Shown here in pieces: positions 10,402-20,875 of a stretch of DNA of 64,000 nucleotides. The translations under genes and the position numbers were made by a program. How positions within the stretch are numbered: position 1 is the first letter of the stretch; each line of letters starts with the position of its first letter. Origin of the DNA: Alkalispirochaeta sp. (GTDB lineage Bacteria; Spirochaetota; Spirochaetia; DSM-27196; Alkalispirochaetaceae); contig OZ271854.1 of NCBI GenBank assembly GCA_965601925.1, forward strand, positions 4,096,001 to 4,160,000. The letters run 5' to 3'. The notes beneath the pieces are model-generated. The model worked only from the letters and a program-made list of their open reading frames with translations, was not told the origin of the DNA and searched no databases.

Positions 10402-11508
10402 ATGACCTACTACCTCAACCTCTTTTCTCCCGAAACAGCAAAGGCTTTTGCCGAGTACGGCGGAACCGTCTCCGGCTTCAGTGCAAGTCAGAGGTCCGCC
10501 GCGACCAAGGTAAAGCGAGGAGATAGGTTTATATGCTACGTCACACGAATCTCCCGGTGGATCGGGGTGCTGGAAGTTGAAGATGGGCCCTTTGAGGACG
10601 ACACGCCGCTCTTTAGAACTACTCACGATCCTTTCGTAATCAGGTTCCGTGTTCGACAGCTTGCGTGGTTCGACTTCTCTCACGCGATCCCTATCCACGA
10701 GGATAGCGTGTGGAAGCAACTGTCATTCACCAAGGACCATCTGAAGACTACCAGTTCCTGGACCGGCAAGATCAGAAGCAGCTTAACGGCTCTGACGGAC
10801 TCCGATGGCTCGTTCCTGGAGTGCGTTCTTATTGCGCAGCATAAAGACGAGACGGTCTATCCGCTGAGCGACGCGGACCACCGTAAGATCAAAAAGCACG
10901 TAGTTAAGACCCACGCCAACCAAGAGGTCGAGGTCACCGTACCGGAAGACGAGTCGCGTACCGACACTACGACGCAGGATGACAATACAATCAGGCAGTC
11001 TTTTATCGTACAAGCCCGGTTGTCCGAAATCGGATCGGCGATGGGATATCGCATTTGGATTCCGGCATCGGACAAATCCCGCGTGTTGTCTGCGTTGTCA
11101 TCTCCCTTGGATGACGAACCGCTGAACCAACTGCCCCTCAATTACGACACCACGACGCTCTCAACGATTGAGAACATCGACGTTATCTGGATACGAGGAC
11201 GATCGATCATCCGCGTCTTTGAAGTGGAACACACCACGTCGATATATTCCGGCATATTACGCATGGCCGATCTTATCGCACTCCAACCGAACATCGATAT
11301 CAAGGCGCACATCGTGGCGCCGATTGAACGGCAGGAGAAGGTCTTTGAGGAGCTCAAACGACCGGTCTTCTCGCTCCTGGAAAAGGGCCCGTTGGCCACC
11401 TACTGCTCGTATATCTCATACGACGCGGTGGACGCGCTGCTAAAGGAGCGGTTTATCAGCCATATGACGGACTCGGTGTTGGAAGAGATCGCGGAGTACG
11501 CGGAGTAG
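10402..11508 (+). CDS. EVE domain + PD-(D/E)XK-like nuclease (candidate modification-dependent restriction enzyme)
   Basis: N-terminal EVE-like VKRGDRFICYV...WIGVLEV; C-terminal IDVIW...FEVEHTTSIYSGILRMADL; adjacent to type I R-M genes. Confidence 0.75.
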   Translation: MTYYLNLFSPETAKAFAEYGGTVSGFSASQRSAATKVKRGDRFICYVTRISRWIGVLEVEDGPFEDDTPLFRTTHDPFVIRFRVRQLAWFDFSHAIPIHEDSVWKQLSFTKDHLKTTSSWTGKIRSSLTALTDSDGSFLECVLIAQHKDETVYPLSDADHRKIKKHVVKTHANQEVEVTVPEDESRTDTTTQDDNTIRQSFIVQARLSEIGSAMGYRIWIPASDKSRVLSALSSPLDDEPLNQLPLNYDTTTLSTIENIDVIWIRGRSIIRVFEVEHTTSIYSGILRMADLIALQPNIDIKAHIVAPIERQEKVFEELKRPVFSLLEKGPLATYCSYISYDAVDALLKERFISHMTDSVLEEIAEYAE

Positions 11509-11521
11509 AACGTCGAGTCAC

Positions 11522-14500
11522 TTAGGTCGCTTGCCGATCCAGACTGGAGTGGATGTTTCGTAGCGTCTCGAAGATCCCTTCGACGACCGTCTCTCGTCCG
11601 GCGAAGAGAGCCTCAGGCCCGCCGGAGTGCAGGTCGATAAAGGGCGCCTCGTAGAGGGCGGACGCCTTCATGACGCCCCGCGCCGTAAGCTGGTCGATCA
11701 CCATCTCGACAAAGCGAATCTGCGGCGCCGTGAGACTACGGTCCGCCAGAAACTCCGCGAAGGCCTCCCGAGCCGCGGAGCCGTCCATTCCCACCAAGCT
11801 ACGCACAAAGTAGGCCACCGACGGCGATCCGCTGCGGGACAACAGACCGGAAAGGAGACTCTCTCCCTGTCCGTCGCCGATCTCCACAAGGGTGTGCTCA
11901 AGCCCTTCGAGGTCCGTGGCTGTCAACGGCTGATTCGTGCGCAGGCGATGAATGACGATATGGTCCAGGTGGTTCCGTAGGTAGTCGGCAACCTTCTTTT
12001 CGTACTGCTCGCCGGTCATCGATGGAACAAGGACGTTTTCGACCTCACGGACGCCCATAAGCTCATCCTGGAAGTCGGTGTACACGCCTTTGCGTCGCTC
12101 TGTGTCGAAAAGTATGGCGAGCTTCCGTACACGCTGTCGAAGGTCTTCAAGTGCTCCTAACCCGACTCCGTGCCAGAACGCGTCGTCGCGGATCGCTGAG
12201 AGGTACTCACGGTTGGCCGCTACAACAGGCACCCTACTGCGGCGCTGCACAAGAAACGTCGCGATCTCCACAACACGGTTCCGGGAGCGTTCAAAGGAAC
12301 CGACGTCGCCCTCGACGTGAGCGACCTGCATACGCAGTATGACGAGGTCGAAGAGCCGCGTCTCGATCGCGTCGGAGGGAGCGCGGGAGGGCAGCCCGGC
12401 GACCTCGTGCTTTAGGGTGTGGCGGTCGCTGGAGCTCAGATCGCTCCATACGGCACGATCTCGATACTGCTCGACGGCGCGGTAGTGCATACGCACGATA
12501 AAATTATCGCGGCTCATGGCCGCTACTTCGCTGTGGAGCGTCCCGATCAACGACTCTTTCAGAGTTGAGTCGGCGTCGAGTTCCGGGTGGGCGGCGATAA
12601 GCCCCAACAGGTCGATCCGGGTGCGAAAGAGCCGCGTACCGAGGGGTACGGTCTCGCCCCCGTCAATGCCGTCCGGTTTCTCGCCGAAGAAATCGAAGTT
12701 GAAGCAGAAGTCGAAGATGCGGAAGTCGTGCTTGTCGTCGCCGGGACCGAAGAGGTCGGGGCACAGACGCGTTCCCCTGCCGATCATCTGCCAGAACCTG
12801 ATTTTGGAGTAGACCGGCTTAAAGAAGACGAGGTTTGCCACCTCCGGCACGTCGATGCCGGTGTCGAGCATGTCCACGGAGACGGCGATGTGTGGCGCGC
12901 GATCTTTATGGCTGAATTTGTCGATAAGGTCCTGGGCTTGTCGATCGTACGTGTCGACTACCTCGGCGAAGTGGCCGTTGTACTGCGGATAGTGGTGGTC
13001 AAAGCGCTCCCGAACAAACCTGGCGTGTTCGTGGTTGCGGGCGAAGATGATCGTCTTGGCGAGGCGATCGCCGCCGTCCACGGTATGACCACGCTCCATA
13101 AGGTGCCGCAACGCCGTATCCACGGTGTCACTGTTAAAGAGCCACGTGTTGATCGCCTTCGCGTTCACCTTCTTGGGTGGTGCGCCCTCATCGCCGGCGT
13201 CTCCCCAGTCGAGACCCTCCCACCGTTCCTTTTCAGCATCGCTCAGCCCATCATACTTGATGCCGTGCTTAGGAAACGTGAGATCGATCTGCTCCGCCTG
13301 AAAGGGAACGAGGAATCCGTCCTCCACAGCCTTGGACAGCTCGTAGGCGTCGGTGGGCACGCCGTCCTCCAGGTCGAAGAGCTCGTAGGTGTTACGATCG
13401 ACCTGCTCGCGCGGTGTGGCGGTGAGCCCCACAAGGAGGGAGTCAAAGTAGCGAAAGATGGCGCCGTACTTTTGGTAGACCGAACGGTGCGCCTCGTCGA
13501 TGATGACGATATCGAAGTGCCCCACGCCGAAACGCTCTTCTCCGCCGTCGGTCGTGTCGATGAGGCCCATCATAGTCGGATATGTCGAGACGTATACGCG
13601 CCCGTCGGCGTTCCGCTCGGTGACGAGGTTGACCGGGCTCGACTCCGGGAGGTGGGTCTTGAAGGCGCGCACCGCTTGGTCCACCAACGAGACCCGGTCG
13701 GCGAGAAAGAGGGCGCGCTTGACCCACCCGGCACGCTGCAGCAGATCGACCAGGGCGACGGCCACGCGCGTCTTTCCCGACCCGGTCGCCATGACCAACA
13801 GCGCCTTGCGCCGGGACTGGGCAAAGTGTGCCGCAATACTCCCGATTGCACGCCTCTGGTAGTAGCGCCCGGCGATCTCACCTTTGATGTCCGCTACGTC
13901 TAAGCTCTTGCGCTCGGTGCGCCGGAGGATAAGGCGCGCGAGCTCATCCTTCTTGTAGAACCCGGCGACGAGGCGGGGCGGATAGCTCAAGTCGTCCCAG
14001 AGGTACGTCTCGTACCCGTTAGTGGTAAAGATAACGGGGCGTCGGCCGTGCATCTCCTCCAGGCAATCAGCATAGAGCGTGGCCTGTCGGCGTCCGCGGT
14101 CGGCGTCGACGGTAGATCGCTTCGCCTCCACCACCGCCAATGGCCTACCGTCGTCGCCCCACAGTACGTAGTCCGCCCGGCCTGTGCCCGATTTGGTGGG
14201 CATCCCCGCCACCTCGTACTCCCGGTCGTGTCGTCCGTCCAGGGGCCACCCGGCGCGACGCAAGTCCACATCGATGAGGTAGCGGCGCGTCTCGGCCTCG
14301 GAGTAGTCGTGGGTATCCGGGACGGCGGACTGGGCGGCGCGCACCTCGGCGTACTGCGTCCTAAGGGCCGCAAGCTCCGCATCCCGAGCGTCCAGTTCTC
14401 GTTGTCGCTTGCGAGCGAGTTCGCTCTGTTCGGCAAGGCGCTTCGTCAGAGCCTCCAGCTCGGCGCGCGACGCTGCCGCCTCCCCTTCGCGGCGCGGGAC

Positions 14501-14914
14501 GCGTTCGTCGCGCCACGCCGCACCGTCCCGCGGTGAGTCGTGGCTATAGGTGCGGACGAGCCAGTAACAGAGGTGGTGCAGCTCTTTCACCGCCTGCAGC
14601 GCGTCGTCGCGGCGAACGGGGCTGCGGCTGTGTACGGCGATGTTCCCCTGCCGTTGCACGGCCCGCGCCTTGTGAAAGAGCGCCTCGGGCAGGAGATTTT
14701 GGAATGTCGGTTCGTGGAGGAGCGCCCCCAGACTCTGGTCGTAGGGAGCGGAGAGCGCGGGGTCGTGGCGGTAGAGCCAATGGACCAGCGCCTCCAAAGC
14801 AAAGCGAGCGTGAAAGCACGAGGAGCGCGGATCGCCCTCGATATACCCCTCCGCCCGTATTGACGCCTCCGCAAGGTCGCGGAAGGCCGAGGGCAGAAAG
14901 GCAAAGTTGCTCAT
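11522..14914 (-). CDS. hsdR: Type I restriction enzyme R subunit
   Basis: ADYVL...VEAK nuclease motif, MATGSGKT, DEAHRS, GLTATP, QMIGRGTRL; EcoEI-type C-terminus. Confidence 0.95.
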   Translation of the reverse strand: MSNFAFLPSAFRDLAEASIRAEGYIEGDPRSSCFHARFALEALVHWLYRHDPALSAPYDQSLGALLHEPTFQNLLPEALFHKARAVQRQGNIAVHSRSPVRRDDALQAVKELHHLCYWLVRTYSHDSPRDGAAWRDERVPRREGEAAASRAELEALTKRLAEQSELARKRQRELDARDAELAALRTQYAEVRAAQSAVPDTHDYSEAETRRYLIDVDLRRAGWPLDGRHDREYEVAGMPTKSGTGRADYVLWGDDGRPLAVVEAKRSTVDADRGRRQATLYADCLEEMHGRRPVIFTTNGYETYLWDDLSYPPRLVAGFYKKDELARLILRRTERKSLDVADIKGEIAGRYYQRRAIGSIAAHFAQSRRKALLVMATGSGKTRVAVALVDLLQRAGWVKRALFLADRVSLVDQAVRAFKTHLPESSPVNLVTERNADGRVYVSTYPTMMGLIDTTDGGEERFGVGHFDIVIIDEAHRSVYQKYGAIFRYFDSLLVGLTATPREQVDRNTYELFDLEDGVPTDAYELSKAVEDGFLVPFQAEQIDLTFPKHGIKYDGLSDAEKERWEGLDWGDAGDEGAPPKKVNAKAINTWLFNSDTVDTALRHLMERGHTVDGGDRLAKTIIFARNHEHARFVRERFDHHYPQYNGHFAEVVDTYDRQAQDLIDKFSHKDRAPHIAVSVDMLDTGIDVPEVANLVFFKPVYSKIRFWQMIGRGTRLCPDLFGPGDDKHDFRIFDFCFNFDFFGEKPDGIDGGETVPLGTRLFRTRIDLLGLIAAHPELDADSTLKESLIGTLHSEVAAMSRDNFIVRMHYRAVEQYRDRAVWSDLSSSDRHTLKHEVAGLPSRAPSDAIETRLFDLVILRMQVAHVEGDVGSFERSRNRVVEIATFLVQRRSRVPVVAANREYLSAIRDDAFWHGVGLGALEDLRQRVRKLAILFDTERRKGVYTDFQDELMGVREVENVLVPSMTGEQYEKKVADYLRNHLDHIVIHRLRTNQPLTATDLEGLEHTLVEIGDGQGESLLSGLLSRSGSPSVAYFVRSLVGMDGSAAREAFAEFLADRSLTAPQIRFVEMVIDQLTARGVMKASALYEAPFIDLHSGGPEALFAGRETVVEGIFETLRNIHSSLDRQAT

Positions 14915-14916
14915 AC

Positions 14917-16062
14917 CTACAATTCTCCGCGAAACGCCCGGGATTGCAAGGAGGCAAAGAGTGTATCGAGCTCCGCCAGGTGGGCGCGCATGTGGGTCTT
15001 CTGCGCCTCAACGGACTCGACGATGGCGGCAAAGCGGCGTTGAAGCTGTAGGGGTGGAATGGGAACCGGCAATCGTTTGATGATTCCCATATTCAAGCCC
15101 GACATGATTGCACCCTTAGCTTGTCGATTCAAATAGCGTCGGGCCATAGGATGTCTTAAGAAGTATGAGTGAAGAAATGATGGTAGGCATATCTCTTGAT
15201 TGAGAGTAATGCAACAAAGGTGCTTCGTATTGATTGCTACACCGATATCTCTTGGCACTATGGCACAGCGTCCGCACGTTCCCATGATTGTTATCAAAAC
15301 GTCTCCCGGGTGTACGGTATATCTTCGAAGTTTCTTGTATTTCTCTTCGGTGATAAAACGCGTTTGGCCGTTTCGGAACTCGTTTGAAACGACGTTATCT
15401 ATACCGATGACCGCAATACCTGCATCCACAAACTCGCTATGAAGGAGTTGGCTCCCAAACGGCCCTGTGCGAACTGCTCCTCTCTCTTGACGAGCTATGT
15501 CTTCCACGGTCCTAAACGCCCACGCTTCGCCTGAAGGATCGCCGAACATATCGAGGAAGACCGCCTGCAGAAACGTATCGATCTGTGCGATCGCCTCCCG
15601 ACGCCTGGCCCGCAGGGCGTCCGCCTGGTCCAGAATCCGCGCGATACGCTTTTGCTCTGCAAGGGGTGGGAGAGGAAGTTGAATTCTACTCGCCCCTGCC
15701 TTGGTAAGTTTTGCTCGGGTAGTGCCCGTCAGATATCTCGTTACATCTCTTTGTTTTAAGGCAAGGCAAAGATAATCGATATCAACTATCGATTTTGGCC
15801 TTAAGACGTGGGCGTGGTTGTTGACCCATGTTTTTCCTCTTATTTTGAATGCGATTCCTCTACCTGGGTCGAAAAAATGACCTCCATCTTCAGCTAATAA
15901 AACGAGAGGCTCATTGAAAATGAAGTTGTCGATAGTACCTTGCTTACCGTTAGCGCCATAGTAAGGGTACGGCCCCGGTCTTCTGTCGCTGGCCTTCACC
16001 GGGCGCCGCTTTGAATCCAAAAAATCGACGATTCTACCAAGCTCAACAGCTTTGTACTTCAC
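14917..16062 (-). CDS. hsdS: Type I R-M specificity subunit
   Basis: Two TRDs, each followed by PLPPLAEQKRIA / PIPPLQLQRRFA; ends LQSRAFRGEL; start overlaps the hsdM stop. Confidence 0.93.
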   Translation of the reverse strand: MKYKAVELGRIVDFLDSKRRPVKASDRRPGPYPYYGANGKQGTIDNFIFNEPLVLLAEDGGHFFDPGRGIAFKIRGKTWVNNHAHVLRPKSIVDIDYLCLALKQRDVTRYLTGTTRAKLTKAGASRIQLPLPPLAEQKRIARILDQADALRARRREAIAQIDTFLQAVFLDMFGDPSGEAWAFRTVEDIARQERGAVRTGPFGSQLLHSEFVDAGIAVIGIDNVVSNEFRNGQTRFITEEKYKKLRRYTVHPGDVLITIMGTCGRCAIVPRDIGVAINTKHLCCITLNQEICLPSFLHSYFLRHPMARRYLNRQAKGAIMSGLNMGIIKRLPVPIPPLQLQRRFAAIVESVEAQKTHMRAHLAELDTLFASLQSRAFRGEL

Positions 16063-17702
16063 CCCAACATCCCCTCCAACTCAGCTCTCCCCTTCGCGAT
16101 CTCGTCTTCTAACTCCGCGATGCGCTGTAGGATCACCGTCGGTGGGTCGTACTCTACCTCCTCGTACACGACCTCTTTGTAGCGGTTGATCGAGAGGTCG
16201 TAGCCGTTTGCCGCGATCTCCTCTCTGGGCACCAGAAAGCTTTGCTCGGTCCTCGTGCGCTCCGCCTCACCGGGGAGATTCTTCCACCGTGCCAAGATGT
16301 CGGGGATGTCGTTGCTCTCCGGTTTGGGCGCGCGTTTGTCGTCAAGGGAGAGGCCGTCGCCGTGCATGTCGTAAAACCAGACGCTATCGGTGCCGCCGGT
16401 GTTTGTTTTAGTAAAGAGGAGGATCGCCGTCGATACCCCGGCGTAGGGCTTAAAGACGCCGGAAGGCATGGAGACGACGGCGTCGAGCTTGTGCTTCTCC
16501 ACCAAGAGCTCCCGCACCGCCCGATGCGCCTTACTGGAGCCGAAGAGGACGCCGTCGGGGACAATCACCGCCGCACGCCCGCCGGGCTCCAAAAGGCGCA
16601 GAAAGAGGGCGATAAAGAGGAGCTCGGTCTTCTTTGTCTTGACGATCTTTTGCAAGTCCTTGGCGATCGACTCGTAGTCGAGGCTCCCGGCAAAGGGCGG
16701 ATTGGCGAGGATAAGGGAGTACTTGTCCGCGTCGGACTCGTCGACCCGGCCTTCCCCCTCCGGCTCATCGCTCCGGGTCGCGACGGCGGACTCCCCGCTG
16801 GTGGACGCGGCTACGACCTCCGGCGTATCGGCCTGCGACTCGGCGGTCTCTTCGCCGTCCTTGGAGTTCTCACCCTCCGGCGACTCCTTGGCGGGTTCCG
16901 CCAAGGAGTCGCGGTAACGGATGTCGGGGTTCTCTACACCATGAAGCAGCATGTTCATACTCCCGATTCGGAGCATCGTGGCGTCGAAGTCGTAGCCGTG
17001 AAACGTTTCCGTGTTGAATCGGCGTCGTGACTTCTCGTCCCGGAAGATCGTCGCCTTATGGTGCTCCCGCAGGTACTCCGCGGCGGCCACGAGGTACCCG
17101 GCGGTCCCGCACGCCGGGTCGCAAATGACGTCCTCCGGTGCCGGGGACGTCATATCCACCATCATGCGAATAATGTGTCGCGGGGTGCGAAACTGACCGT
17201 TCTGTCCCGCCTTGGCGATCTTGTTCAACATGTACTCGTATAGGTCACCCTTCGTATCGCGATCGTCCATGTCGATGGCGTCGAGTTGATCCACCACGTT
17301 CGAGAGGACTCGGGGCGTGGGTATCATGAAGATCGCGTCCTTCATATGGTGGCTGTAGGCGCTGCCGTTCCGGGCGTTACTCTTCCCCTCTTGGTCGGTC
17401 GCGCCCAGAGTCTTGATAAAGGGAAAGACCTCATCGCGGACCGTCTCGAACATCTTCTCCGGGGCAGTCTCCTTAAAGTGCGACCAGCGTAAGTGTTGTT
17501 GCTTCTCGCCGAAGATCGGCGACTCTATCCGCGCGCTATTCCGCGCCGCCTGGTGCATTCGTACGGTGTGCACTTCGTCCAGCCGCTTAATAAAAAGGAG
17601 GTAGGTCAGCTGCTCGATGACCGAAAGGGGGTTGGATATACCTCCGGACCACATCGTGTCCCACATGCCGTCGACCTTCGTTTTGAGTTCGCCGCTGATC
17701 AT
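16059..17702 (-). CDS. hsdM: Type I R-M N6-adenine methyltransferase subunit
   Basis: GQFRTPRHI, DPACGTAGYL, NPPF and YDLSINRYKE motifs. Confidence 0.95.
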   Translation of the reverse strand: MISGELKTKVDGMWDTMWSGGISNPLSVIEQLTYLLFIKRLDEVHTVRMHQAARNSARIESPIFGEKQQHLRWSHFKETAPEKMFETVRDEVFPFIKTLGATDQEGKSNARNGSAYSHHMKDAIFMIPTPRVLSNVVDQLDAIDMDDRDTKGDLYEYMLNKIAKAGQNGQFRTPRHIIRMMVDMTSPAPEDVICDPACGTAGYLVAAAEYLREHHKATIFRDEKSRRRFNTETFHGYDFDATMLRIGSMNMLLHGVENPDIRYRDSLAEPAKESPEGENSKDGEETAESQADTPEVVAASTSGESAVATRSDEPEGEGRVDESDADKYSLILANPPFAGSLDYESIAKDLQKIVKTKKTELLFIALFLRLLEPGGRAAVIVPDGVLFGSSKAHRAVRELLVEKHKLDAVVSMPSGVFKPYAGVSTAILLFTKTNTGGTDSVWFYDMHGDGLSLDDKRAPKPESNDIPDILARWKNLPGEAERTRTEQSFLVPREEIAANGYDLSINRYKEVVYEEVEYDPPTVILQRIAELEDEIAKGRAELEGMLG

Positions 17703-17867
17703 CTCTGCGTGCTCATTATCATTGGTTGTTTGAGTATAGGCGGACGGAGGCCTCCAGCCAATAGTAACGGGGTGTGACTATATCATCTCAACCTCGGGCA
17801 AAGGATGCAGCGTCCGACTCCATGAAATAGGTTTATCGTTGAAAGCATTGGAGATTGGAATTACTAT

Positions 17868-18740
17868 TTGCACATGCCTGACCTTCTATCCTCGGCAAAA
17901 CTGTCCGCAGCGGTTGAGGAAATCGTAACGTCGGCAAAAAAGCATCTGGTAATTGTCAGTCCATATCTGCGGTTCAACCGTATCATTTACGAGCGGTTAT
18001 TTACCACCGTTCAACACGGTGTACCGACCGTTCTTCTCTATGGGAAGAGTGAGCTCTCGAGCGCAGAAGAACGGAAGGTGAAAGCGATCGATCGACTCGC
18101 CGTATTCTATCTGGATAATCTACATGCCAAGGTCTATCTAAATGAGTCTAAGGCGGTAGTGACGTCACTCAATCTCCACGAGTATTCGGAACGAAACAAC
18201 TGGGAAATTGGTGTTACTCTCGGTCCGGAAGAAGGGACATCGTGGACCGACTTACTGACCGAACGAAGTAGGCACCATGATTCGCGCCGCGGAGCCGCGA
18301 CAAGGTCGATTCGACGCCGAACTCATCCGTCCATTCGATTACGCGACGCAATCAACGAACTGTTCCCCGAGTTTGCTCCGCGGATCGAACAACATGAGAA
18401 TCCATTCTCCGGTAGCTTCGCTTCGATAGAGGTCGACAGCTTTGGATATCCCGGTCTATCGCTTAGCGTAGATGACAGGCGTTCCGAGTTTGTGGTGTCG
18501 ATCCCCGACGAGGAACGAAGCAGTTTGTTAGAAAAATTGGAGCGTCACGATTTCGGACCCAACTATCGCGTTTATGTCAATGACCACCCTCCAGAAGTGA
18601 CGGTATACAAGAGTGAGTTTTACCGCGACAGATGGTCGACGGTGAACACCGATGCTCGGATCGAGTATGTCTGTGGCGGTGTATCGTTGGTCGGTCGATT
18701 CTTGTTATCGAGCTTGAAGAGTATTACCACGGATACATAA
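17868..18740 (+). CDS. Phospholipase-D-family (single HxK motif) protein
   Basis: LVIVSPY, LHAKVYLNE...TSLNL...NNWEIG; C-terminal half unrecognised; true start probably ATG 17874. Confidence 0.7.
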   Translation: MHMPDLLSSAKLSAAVEEIVTSAKKHLVIVSPYLRFNRIIYERLFTTVQHGVPTVLLYGKSELSSAEERKVKAIDRLAVFYLDNLHAKVYLNESKAVVTSLNLHEYSERNNWEIGVTLGPEEGTSWTDLLTERSRHHDSRRGAATRSIRRRTHPSIRLRDAINELFPEFAPRIEQHENPFSGSFASIEVDSFGYPGLSLSVDDRRSEFVVSIPDEERSSLLEKLERHDFGPNYRVYVNDHPPEVTVYKSEFYRDRWSTVNTDARIEYVCGGVSLVGRFLLSSLKSITTDT

Positions 18741-18832
18741 GCGACGCATCAACGGAAATGAGGCCGCCCATATGAACTCGCCCCGACAAGGGCATAAACC
18801 TCACCGGCGCCGCCCCTACCAACTCCCGGCCC

Positions 18833-20656
18833 CTACGACGTCTTAAACCGCAGAATCTCGTTATTGAGCTCCTCGATCGTACGCCCGTTGTGTTGTTGTT
18901 GGGTGTACACCTCTTGGGTCTTCCGAGTGACCCGTTCCGCCCCGGCATCGATCCCACGGACACGCTCCAGCACCTCACCGGAGATCTCGGCGATGTTCGT
19001 CTCCGCCTTTTGGATGCCGGAGATACCCGTCTTGATTTCACCCGCGCTGGAGCTGATCTGGTGTGTAATGTCCGAGAGTTGCGAGATCGACTTCAACACT
19101 TCATCGGAGTTGGTAGCCATCTCTACCATGGAGTTACTGACCTCGACAAAGGCGCCGGTAAACTCGTCCACCTCGTCCTGGATGCTTTGAAAGCTCTCGA
19201 TATTCTGCGCGCTCGCATCCGCCGCCTTTACGATGAACCCCATCGTCGTGTTCAGGAGCTCGCGAATTTTCTTGGCGTTGACGGTCGTGGATTCCGCGAG
19301 ACTACGGATCTCCTGGGCGACGACGGAGAATCCGGCTCCGTGCTGCCCCGCGTGGGCCGCCTCGATCGCCGCATTCATCGCCAGGAGGTTCGTCTGGGCG
19401 GCGACGGTGTCGATGATTTCGACGACGCGGTGAATCTCGCGTGCGTTTTCCGCCGCCGTAGCGATTTGCTTGTTCGCCTCGTCGGTGTGCTTGCGTCCGT
19501 CTCCGACAACGGCGGCCACCGAATGCGCAGCCTCCGCTCTGCCGGTGGCGATACCGGTTATGTTGCGGATCGTCCCCACCATCTCTTCGGTCGAGGTGGA
19601 GGACTGCACGATCGCGGCGGATTGCGCGGAGATCATGTCGTTCAATGAGCCGATCGTGTGGGAGATCTCGGTAACCGCCGACGAGGACGAGGTGATATTG
19701 TCGTCCAGCGCCTCGAACTGCTCCTTGATCGACCGAATGCCGGCCGAAATCTCCGCCAAGGAGGTGTTTGCCTCGCCGATCGACTGCGCCGTGGCCTCTT
19801 TCATCGCCAGCGAGTCTTGCGCCACGGTCTTCATCCGCTCGAATACGACGTCGAGACCGTCCAAGGTACTGTCGATGTGGCCCGATAGCGCGCCGAGCTC
19901 GTCCTTGGATGTAGAGGCGAGGCGAATCGAAAAATCCTGATCCGAGACAGATTTCATGACCGCCTCGATACTCTGAATGCGCTTCGCAAGGTTCCCGGCG
20001 ACCAAACTGCCGATCAGGAGCGAGATCAGGGCGATCGCCACGGCGACGACGACGAACCAAGTGTTGATTCGGCGCTGCTGTGCCGCAATGCTCTCTTCCA
20101 CCCGTTCTATGAGGCCCAGGAGACTCTCCGCAAAGAACTGGGTGAATTGAACCTTCGCCTCGTTGATCTGCGTATTGAGAGCGAAGAGCGTAGCGACATC
20201 TCCGGTGGACATCGCGATCAGTATTCCCGTGCGCAGCGCACCGTGGTCCGCCTCATAGGCGGCGAGAGCAGCTTCGATTCGGTCCATGCGCTCGTTCCCC
20301 AACTCCCACATCCGCGTGAAATCACTCAGTTGCTCGGCTGTTGCGGACTCCAAGGCGAGCTCGGCCAGGAGTGGGGAGGTCAAAAACCCTACGATGACCT
20401 CCGACGCTTCGAGGCGATTCGCTTGCCACGTTCGGCGTGTGTTATCCATCGAGGAGGTCGAGGCGAGCTCATTCAGATCGCTGTTGAGACGCGCTATCAT
20501 CGCGTATCCGTATAACCCGTCGCGTTGCAAATCGTCGAGTGCCCGCAGGTGCGCATCGCTGTACAACGAGAGTCCGATCATCAACGGGAAGGCGATGATT
20601 GCACTGACGGAAATGAAGGAAAGTTTCGACCTCACGTTCATTGATAGGTCCCCCAA
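18833..20656 (-). CDS. Methyl-accepting chemotaxis protein
   Basis: Two TM helices, HAMP (DELGAL), QTNLLAMNAAIEAAHAG..GFSVVAQEIRSLAE. Confidence 0.95.
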   Translation of the reverse strand: MGDLSMNVRSKLSFISVSAIIAFPLMIGLSLYSDAHLRALDDLQRDGLYGYAMIARLNSDLNELASTSSMDNTRRTWQANRLEASEVIVGFLTSPLLAELALESATAEQLSDFTRMWELGNERMDRIEAALAAYEADHGALRTGILIAMSTGDVATLFALNTQINEAKVQFTQFFAESLLGLIERVEESIAAQQRRINTWFVVVAVAIALISLLIGSLVAGNLAKRIQSIEAVMKSVSDQDFSIRLASTSKDELGALSGHIDSTLDGLDVVFERMKTVAQDSLAMKEATAQSIGEANTSLAEISAGIRSIKEQFEALDDNITSSSSAVTEISHTIGSLNDMISAQSAAIVQSSTSTEEMVGTIRNITGIATGRAEAAHSVAAVVGDGRKHTDEANKQIATAAENAREIHRVVEIIDTVAAQTNLLAMNAAIEAAHAGQHGAGFSVVAQEIRSLAESTTVNAKKIRELLNTTMGFIVKAADASAQNIESFQSIQDEVDEFTGAFVEVSNSMVEMATNSDEVLKSISQLSDITHQISSSAGEIKTGISGIQKAETNIAEISGEVLERVRGIDAGAERVTRKTQEVYTQQQHNGRTIEELNNEILRFKTS

Positions 20657-20875
20657 TCTGCGGTCGGCGGTCGTACGGATAGCGATCGTTAGTGGGTGGT
20701 AATAGTATCGTCTATTCTACTATTTGCAAAGTTCATGGTGCACCACCCCGGAGACACTGAGTGCACGGCGCACTACGCGGGGCGGGCCGTTCGGGATCGT
20801 CGCCGTGGCGAGATGCCGAACGACCCGACCACTCTTCCGCAGCCCGTGCAGCCGGCTTTTATGGTATGAATAGAT

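Noticed and set aside
12587..13903. 438-aa antisense ORF over hsdR
   Set aside because: Shadow frame of a well-supported gene
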